Shown piece after piece: positions 26,283-32,000 of a stretch of DNA of 32,000 nucleotides. Within the stretch, counting starts at the first letter, position 1, and each line of letters starts with the position of its first letter. Where the stretch lies: NCBI RefSeq assembly GCF_000341895.1, contig NC_020409.1:1110001-1142000 (forward strand). The letters are read 5' to 3'. The stretch is from Pseudodesulfovibrio piezophilus C1TLV30. GTDB taxonomy: Bacteria; Desulfobacterota; Desulfovibrionia; Desulfovibrionales; Desulfovibrionaceae. The notes beneath the pieces are model-generated. The model was not told the origin of the DNA. It ran no database searches and worked only from the letters and a program-made list of their open reading frames with translations. The position numbers were made by a program, and so were the translations under genes.

Positions 26283-27167
26283 ATGAACACCCATTCGTCC
26301 CTTACTGAAACTATTGTGGCCTCTCCGGCCAAAATCAATCTTCATCTGAGCATCCTCGGCCTACGAAAAGATGGGTACCATGAATTGGTCACACTCTTTT
26401 ATCCGGTCACCGAGTTGTACGATACGATTCGAATAGAACCTGGCCATGATGAAAACATGTTTATGCGATGCCCCAAAAGACCGGAATTGGAATCAACCTC
26501 CAATCTCATCTACAAGGCATGGAAAACTTATGGGGAAGCCACAGGATTCCAACCCGGCCTTTTTATCACTCTTGATAAGAATATCCCCCTGGGAGGAGGG
26601 CTTGGCGGCGGGAGTTCCAATGGCGCAACGATGCTTCGCTGGCTCAATGACAATGCAGGCAGCAAAGCGCTCGGTACTGCCGAGCTTCGCTCGCTTGCAG
26701 CACAACTGGGAGCTGATGTTCCTTTTTTCCTCTTGGATGGACCAGCCTGGGCCGAGGGCATAGGAGAAAAACTCGTTCCATCGGAGATATCTCTTTCAGG
26801 CATGACACTGCTTCTTGCTCTTCCGAACATCCATGTTGAGACTTCATGGGCTTTTCAAGCGTGGGATAACAACAATCCATTTTCTTCTGTCAGCAAACTC
26901 TTGACAACCCCTCATAACGATACTAAGAATCCATCTCCCGTTTCGGAACTGGTTGTGAAAAACGACTTTGAGCCAACTGTCTTCGCAAAGCACCCGGTGC
27001 TTCGCGAAATAAAAGAGAAGCTTATCAATGTTGGAGCAATCAGCGCTGCCATGAGTGGTTCAGGGGCATCTATATTCGCCCTGTTCCGCAGCAGAGTTGC
27101 AGCAGAACAAGCTGCCGTTGCTCTTAAAGGAAACGAGATTGAAATTTTTACGATGTGTTGTCCTTGA
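26283..27167 (+). CDS. ispE: 4-diphosphocytidyl-2-C-methyl-D-erythritol kinase
   Basis: SPAKINLHLSILG...DGYH and the GHMP kinase motif PLGGGLGGGSSNGA. Confidence 0.92.
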   Translation: MNTHSSLTETIVASPAKINLHLSILGLRKDGYHELVTLFYPVTELYDTIRIEPGHDENMFMRCPKRPELESTSNLIYKAWKTYGEATGFQPGLFITLDKNIPLGGGLGGGSSNGATMLRWLNDNAGSKALGTAELRSLAAQLGADVPFFLLDGPAWAEGIGEKLVPSEISLSGMTLLLALPNIHVETSWAFQAWDNNNPFSSVSKLLTTPHNDTKNPSPVSELVVKNDFEPTVFAKHPVLREIKEKLINVGAISAAMSGSGASIFALFRSRVAAEQAAVALKGNEIEIFTMCCP

Positions 27168-27279
27168 CAACCATCAGTTGACAGACCGGTCTCATTCATT
27201 TCAAATATCGGGATTACACTCCGAATACTTTGAAGACCGGACTTGATACGATCTGTCCCCATACCATGGGGAAATATGC

Positions 27280-27354
27280 TGGGGCGTCGTCAAGCGGTAA
27301 GACACATGGTTTTGGTCCATGCATTCGAGGGTTCAAATCCTTCCGCCCCAGCCA
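27280..27354 (+). tRNA. tRNA-Gln (anticodon TTG)
   Basis: Acceptor TGGGGCG/CGCCCCA, anticodon stem CATGG/CCATG with loop TTTTGGT, T-arm GAGGG-TTCAAAT-CCTTC, encoded CCA. Confidence 0.93.
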
Positions 27355-27387
27355 ATTTTCAGACAAACTGCATAACGGGGTTTCCAC

Positions 27388-28326
27388 ATGCACGGTGAGT
27401 TGAAGATCATCAGCGGTTCCGCCAGCCCAAAGCTGGCCGAGGCCATTTGCGAGCATTTGGGCACCAAGCCCTCTCCAGTGCTCCGCGAACGTTTCTCCGA
27501 TGGAGAAATTCGAATTGAGATCGGTGAAAACGTCCGCGGTGACGATGTCTTTGTTGTCCAGCCGACCTGCTCTCCAGTCAACTACCACCTTATGGAACTC
27601 TGTCTTATGCTGGACGCGCTCAAGCGAGCCAGCGCATCCCGCGTGACGGCAGTTGTCCCTTACTTCGGCTACGCTCGCCAAGACCGCAAGGTTGTTCCAA
27701 GAGCACCTATATCTGCCAAACTGGTCGCTGATATAATGTCAGCAGCCGGTATGCAGCGTCTTGTAACCTGCGACCTGCACGCAGGTCAGATTCAGGGCTT
27801 CTTCGATTGTCCGGTGGACAATCTCTTTGCCGCTCCGGTACTGCTCGAACACCTGCGTGACCGGGATGATGATTTTGTCATCATTTCGCCTGACGCAGGC
27901 GGTGTGGAACGTGCTCGCGCGTATGCAAAGCGCCTGGGAGCTTCTCTGGCTATTGTAGATAAGCGCCGTGATGCTCCCAACCAGGCAAAAGCCATGCACA
28001 TCATTGGTGATGTAAAAGACAAAGTTGCCGTTGTCATCGACGACATGATAGATACCGCCGGGACCATGTGTGCCGCCGCAAATGTGATCATGGATAACGG
28101 AGCAAAGGATGTCATGGCCTGCGCAACTCACGCAGTCCTGTCTGGGCCAGCTATTCATCGTTTGGAAGAATCCGCATTTTCCGAAGTCATAGTCACTGAC
28201 ACGATCCCACTCAATGACGAAAAAGGATGCTGCAAAAAAATCAAACAGCGTTCTGTAGCCTCCCTGCTCGCAAAAGCCATCAATAATGTTCACACGGAAT
28301 CTTCCGTGTCTGTCCTGTTTATATAA
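27388..28326 (+). CDS. prs: Ribose-phosphate pyrophosphokinase (PRPP synthetase)
   Basis: [27 protein letters not shown], and the PRPP-binding loop [12 protein letters not shown]. Confidence 0.96.
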   Translation: MHGELKIISGSASPKLAEAICEHLGTKPSPVLRERFSDGEIRIEIGENVRGDDVFVVQPTCSPVNYHLMELCLMLDALKRASASRVTAVVPYFGYARQDRKVVPRAPISAKLVADIMSAAGMQRLVTCDLHAGQIQGFFDCPVDNLFAAPVLLEHLRDRDDDFVIISPDAGGVERARAYAKRLGASLAIVDKRRDAPNQAKAMHIIGDVKDKVAVVIDDMIDTAGTMCAAANVIMDNGAKDVMACATHAVLSGPAIHRLEESAFSEVIVTDTIPLNDEKGCCKKIKQRSVASLLAKAINNVHTESSVSVLFI

Positions 28327-28484
28327 GTTGTCATGCGCTGACATGTTCGCTGAAAACAATTGCATGAATGAGTTCTTCTTATCATACGTTGAATTCTTTC
28401 AGACAAGTTAGCGTCACCATAAACCATTTGAAGCGCGAGCGTCCGTTCATGGTGAACGGCCAGGGCGTAAAAGGAGAAAACATC

Positions 28485-29108
28485 ATGGCAGAACTGCTGA
28501 AACTGAATGTTCAGGAGCGCACCGAAGTGGGCAAAGGCCCTAACCGCCGTATGCGCGCCACCGGAAAAGTTCCCGGCATCTACTACGATGCTCACGGCAC
28601 CAACATCATGGTGAAAATGGACATGGTTCCCCTGCAGCAAGCTTACGCCAAAGTGGGTAATGCACAGGTTTTCGAGTTGGTCCTGGAAAAGGATGGTAAG
28701 ACCGAGACCAAGCCAGCCCTGATGTGGCGTGTTCGCAATGAGCCTGTGACAGGCCACCCCGAGCATGTTGATTTTTACGGGGTTGACCTCGACAAGGAAA
28801 TCAAGATTCCCGTCCACTTCGAGATCACAGGTTCCTCCCCGGGCGTCAAGCTGGGCGGCCGCATGGAACTGTATCGCGAAGTCGTGGAAGTCGTCTGTAA
28901 ACCTATGGACATTCCCGAGAGCATTGTTCTCGACATTTCCTCGATGAATCTCTTGGACTCCATCCGTATTGAGGATGTTGTTTTCCCAGAGGGCGTCACA
29001 CCGATCTTCGATGAAAACTTCGCAGTCCTCACTATCACCGCCAAGCGGGTCGAGGATGACGGAGAAAGCGAAGATGAAGGTGAGGAAGAAAGCACAGCTT
29101 CCGAATAA
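28485..29108 (+). CDS. rplY: 50S ribosomal protein L25 / general stress protein Ctc, long form with acidic tail
   Basis: ...RRMRATGKVPGIYY... is an L25-type N-terminus. AAGGAG SD lies 8 nt upstream of the ATG at 28485. The upstream 39 codons of the ORF were rejected. Confidence 0.9.
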   Translation: MAELLKLNVQERTEVGKGPNRRMRATGKVPGIYYDAHGTNIMVKMDMVPLQQAYAKVGNAQVFELVLEKDGKTETKPALMWRVRNEPVTGHPEHVDFYGVDLDKEIKIPVHFEITGSSPGVKLGGRMELYREVVEVVCKPMDIPESIVLDISSMNLLDSIRIEDVVFPEGVTPIFDENFAVLTITAKRVEDDGESEDEGEEESTASE

Positions 29109-29130
29109 CACCCCACATTGTAATACTATC

Positions 29131-29170
29131 ACCTCCCGGGGTGCGGATTTCCGCACTCCGGGAGGTTTTT
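29131..29170 (+). terminator. Rho-independent terminator after rplY
   Basis: 16-bp stem ACCTCCCGGGGTGCGG-attt-CCGCACTCCGGGAGGT (one G-U pair) followed by T5. Confidence 0.9.
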
Positions 29171-29197
29171 GCTTCATTGAAGAGAGGCTGATATACT
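29169..29197 (+). promoter_or_regulatory. Candidate sigma70-type promoter for pth
   Basis: TTGCTT-N17-TATACT, immediately after the rplY terminator and 43 nt before the pth ATG. Hexamer match only. Confidence 0.3.
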
Positions 29198-29239
29198 CCG
29201 CCCTAGGTCGGCGATCATCACGCGAGAGGCAGAGCATAC

Positions 29240-29905
29240 ATGGATTTCAAAGGCGTCATCATCGGATTGGGCAACCCCGGTTCACAATACGAGACAACCC
29301 GTCATAATATAGGGTTCATGCTTGTGGACAGGATTATTGCCATGGCTCAAGGCCGCAAAAATATGCACCTTGAGCAAATAAATGAATCCGGTGACTATGA
29401 ACTCTGGAAAGTCAAATTTGCCGGAGCTTACAGGCTCTTAGCCAAGCCAATGACTTACATGAATCTCAGTGGCAAAGCTGTTTCAAAAATATGCGGTCGC
29501 CATACCCTCAGCGTGGATCAGGTCATGATTATTCATGACGAACTGGACCTTCCTGTTGGGCGAATGAAACTGAAGAAAGGTGGGGGAAACAACGGACATA
29601 ATGGATTGGAGTCAATCCAAAACAGCCTTAATACTCCCAATTTTTACAGACTCCGACTTGGTGTCGGACGCCCGAATGATCAATTCAAACCAATAAGCGA
29701 GTGGGTTCTCGAACCATTTATGCCAGAGAACGCCATACACATTCCGGAGATTATCGAGCATGCCTGCAAGGGGCTGGATATTTTTTATCGCCGGGGGGTC
29801 GGGTTCGCTACCCAGCACATCAACGGTTTTTCCATAGCAGAGCCGGAAAAAGAGAATGCGGAACAAATCGAGGACGATAATGCCGACAGGCAAACAGACT
29901 CCTAA
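29240..29905 (+). CDS. pth: Peptidyl-tRNA hydrolase with about 30-aa acidic C-terminal extension
   Basis: IIGLGNPGSQYETTRHNIGF and HDELDLPVGRMKLKKGGG..GHNGL. Confidence 0.93.
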   Translation: MDFKGVIIGLGNPGSQYETTRHNIGFMLVDRIIAMAQGRKNMHLEQINESGDYELWKVKFAGAYRLLAKPMTYMNLSGKAVSKICGRHTLSVDQVMIIHDELDLPVGRMKLKKGGGNNGHNGLESIQNSLNTPNFYRLRLGVGRPNDQFKPISEWVLEPFMPENAIHIPEIIEHACKGLDIFYRRGVGFATQHINGFSIAEPEKENAEQIEDDNADRQTDS

Positions 29906-29993
29906 ATTTTGTTGTCATGGACTCTTTCCCGCATTTTCGGTATGCTGACTTTCTGCGCATGTGAATTAGCAGAAGCAAGGAGCTTTGTCGCCA

Positions 29994-30509
29994 GTGTTCA
30001 AGGTTAATGAGTTAGTTGTCTATCCTTCCCAGGGAGTCGGTCGTGTCGAACGTATCGAATCCCAGGAAATCGGCGGTGTCAAGGCTGATTTCTATATTGT
30101 TCGCATTCTGAGTAACAATGTGACCCTGATGGTCCCTGTTGCCAATGCCGAAAATGTCGGCCTGCGCTCCGTGTGCAGTAAAAGAATCGGACAGGAAATC
30201 TTTGAATCTCTTAATGATCGATCGGAATTTACCGGCTATACTGGTCAGAATTGGAACCGACGCTACCGCGAGTACTCCGAAAAGCTCAAGAGTGGTGATC
30301 TTTCTGATGTTGCCTATGTCCTCAAGGAACTTTTCCTCATCGGCAAGGACAAGGAGCTTTCATTCGGAGAGCGCAGACTTCTCGAGCAGGCCATGGGACT
30401 TGTTTCCATGGAACTCGCCTATTCTGTCGATCGAGACCAGGAATTGATTAAAGAAGATATTAACGAAATGTTTGCTGATGTTATTGCTGCACAGGAAGAA
30501 AAATCATAA
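29994..30509 (+). CDS. cdnL: CarD/CdnL-family RNA-polymerase-binding transcription factor
   Basis: FKVNELVVYPSQGVGRVERIE...DFYIVRI... is the CarD_TRCF N-terminal domain, followed by a helical C-terminal domain. The start is either GTG at 29994 or TTG at 29985, after AAGGAG. Confidence 0.85.
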   Translation: MFKVNELVVYPSQGVGRVERIESQEIGGVKADFYIVRILSNNVTLMVPVANAENVGLRSVCSKRIGQEIFESLNDRSEFTGYTGQNWNRRYREYSEKLKSGDLSDVAYVLKELFLIGKDKELSFGERRLLEQAMGLVSMELAYSVDRDQELIKEDINEMFADVIAAQEEKS

Positions 30510-30784
30510 GGGACTTGTCAACACGTCCGGTTTAGGGTACTCCGAAACTGTTGCCGCCTCTGCGGCTTGATTCATATATCCCACTACAATCGTTAATTGA
30601 GACGCGAAAGTCGTCACTGAATCAGACAAGAGGTAATTCTTTTACCGCCTTGGACGACGTTTTGATCGGTCCATTTCCATCCCCGATATATTTCGCTCCC
30701 TAGGAAATACGTTGACAGTCCCTCAGTAACCAAGACTCTCAACGCCTTTCTACCAAAACCTCTAAACATCGAAATTTCAAACCT
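30510..30784 (+). promoter_or_regulatory. Long rho leader with a C-rich, G-poor 3' segment (candidate autoregulatory rut-like region)
   Basis: 275-nt gap with no credible ORF. The last 64 nt (30721-30784) contain 22 C and only 4 G by my count. No SD precedes the rho ATG. Confidence 0.45.
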
Positions 30785-32000
30785 ATGGCCGAGAAAAAGA
30801 CTGCAAAAGAAACCCCGAGAGGCAAAGGCAAGCCCGCCGCCCGAGGCAAGAAGAAAACTGTCGCTACCCCGAACGGGAATGGTGTCGACAGGCTGAATCT
30901 GGCTGAACTCAAGCTCAAATCCATGCAGGACCTCACGGACCTCGCTGTCCAGTTGGAGGTTGAGAACCCGAGCGGGTTGCGCAAACAGGAGCTCATTTTC
31001 GAGCTTTTGCAACAATGTGCTTCACAGAATGGACAAATCTTTGGTGACGGTGTCCTTGAAATCCTGCCTGACGGCTTTGGTTTCCTCCGTTCCCCGATGT
31101 ACAGCTACATGCCTGGTCCTGATGACATCTATGTATCACCCTCGCAAATCCGTCGTTTCGGACTTCGCAAGGGTGATGTTGTTTCGGGGCAGATCCGCCC
31201 CCCCAAAGAGGGTGAACGGTATTTTGCTCTCCTCCGTGTCAGTGAAATTGGCTACGAGAAGCCTGAGCACTCCAAGAATCTCGTCCTTTTTGACAACTTG
31301 ACGCCTCTGTATCCCGAAGAGCAACTCAAGCTTGAAAATGGTGACAAGAATTATTCTTCACGCATAATTGATCTGCTTGCTCCCATCGGCAAGGGGCAGC
31401 GCGGTGTTATTGTGGCCCCGCCCCGCACCGGTAAGACCATCATGTTGCAAACCATTGCCAACTCCATCAATGCCAACCATCCAGAGGTGGACCTCATTGT
31501 CCTGCTCATTGATGAACGGCCTGAGGAAGTGACGGACATGCAACGCACGGTCAAGGCCGAAGTGGTCAGCTCCACCTTTGATGAACCACCGCAGCGTCAC
31601 GTTCAGGTGGCCGATATGGTCATCGAAAAAGCCAAACGCCTTGTTGAGCGCAAGCGGGATGTTGTTATCCTACTTGACTCCATCACACGCCTGGGCCGTG
31701 CTTATAATGCGGTGACTCCGTCGTCCGGACGAGTTTTATCCGGTGGCATCGATGCCAACGCCCTCCAGCGTCCCAAGCGATTCTTCGGTGCAGCACGCAA
31801 TATTGAAGAAGGCGGTTCACTGACGATTATTTCAACCGCACTCATCGATACAGGGTCTCGCATGGACGAAGTCATCTTCGAGGAATTCAAGGGAACCGGC
31901 AACATGGAACTCTATCTTGACCGCCATCTCTCGGAGAAACGAGTCTACCCGGCTATTGACATCAACCGCTCTGGTACCCGCAAGGAAGAACTGCTTCTGG
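30785..32000 (+). CDS. rho: Transcription termination factor Rho (3' end outside the window)
   Basis: Absent from the ORF track because it has no stop in the window. My own translation reads [16 protein letters not shown]...LNLAELK...[15 protein letters not shown]...RFGLRKGD...APPRTGKT...[10 protein letters not shown]...[14 protein letters not shown]... Confidence 0.96.
   Translation, partial: MAEKKTAKETPRGKGKPAARGKKKTVATPNGNGVDRLNLAELKLKSMQDLTDLAVQLEVENPSGLRKQELIFELLQQCASQNGQIFGDGVLEILPDGFGFLRSPMYSYMPGPDDIYVSPSQIRRFGLRKGDVVSGQIRPPKEGERYFALLRVSEIGYEKPEHSKNLVLFDNLTPLYPEEQLKLENGDKNYSSRIIDLLAPIGKGQRGVIVAPPRTGKTIMLQTIANSINANHPEVDLIVLLIDERPEEVTDMQRTVKAEVVSSTFDEPPQRHVQVADMVIEKAKRLVERKRDVVILLDSITRLGRAYNAVTPSSGRVLSGGIDANALQRPKRFFGAARNIEEGGSLTIISTALIDTGSRMDEVIFEEFKGTGNMELYLDRHLSEKRVYPAIDINRSGTRKEELLL

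Noticed and set aside
28290-29237. 315-aa minus-strand ORF covering the whole rplY region
   Set aside because: It is antisense to rplY and to both flanking intergenic regions, including a 16-bp terminator stem. It has no recognisable motifs or start context.
30614-31015. 133-aa minus-strand ORF overlapping the rho start
   Set aside because: It is antisense to the rho leader and N-terminus and has no motifs. The plus-strand Rho reading frame is unmistakable.
1-32000. Search for CRISPR arrays, IS elements, long direct or inverted repeats, toxin-antitoxin pairs, or defence genes
   Set aside because: None seen. The only repeat of note is the intragenic PAS duplication. The two MCP signalling domains share protein similarity but not DNA-level similarity.

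Overview
This window looks like ordinary chromosomal core plus a sensory-gene block. The gene content (a DcrH-like chemoreceptor with a hemerythrin domain, many PAS/Cache sensors) suggests a Desulfovibrio-like anaerobe, but that is inference only. In order, I call: the 3' end of polA, a hypothetical gene, and an ArnT/GT39-like membrane glycosyltransferase. Next come a BON-domain lipoprotein, a prepilin peptidase, and a PaaK-family acyl-CoA ligase translationally coupled to a cytoplasmic BNR (sialidase-fold) protein. Then a TPR protein, a small orphan gene, and an rbp-infA-deaD RNA-chaperone/helicase cluster. Then a rhodanese-YceI fusion, a DUF3088 gene, and a Cache-MCP-hemerythrin chemoreceptor. 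Then a 4xPAS-GAF histidine kinase, a hybrid kinase/receiver, tRNA-Arg(CCT), a second MCP, and htrA/degP. The window ends with the conserved ispE-tRNA-Gln-prs-rplY-pth block, a CarD/CdnL regulator, and the 5' part of rho. I see no transposase, integrase, CRISPR array, prophage or recognisable defence genes, and no clear self-contained novel multi-gene system. The observations most worth follow-up are: the hairpin-punctuated rbp-infA-deaD unit with its structured 243-nt leader; the PaaK-BNR coupled pair; the chemoreceptor with a hemerythrin domain placed before a C-terminal DFEKF pentapeptide; the rhodanese-YceI fusion that lacks the catalytic Cys; and the C-rich, G-poor, SD-less rho leader. All functional calls rest on motifs read by eye from the supplied translations. 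No database search was run.
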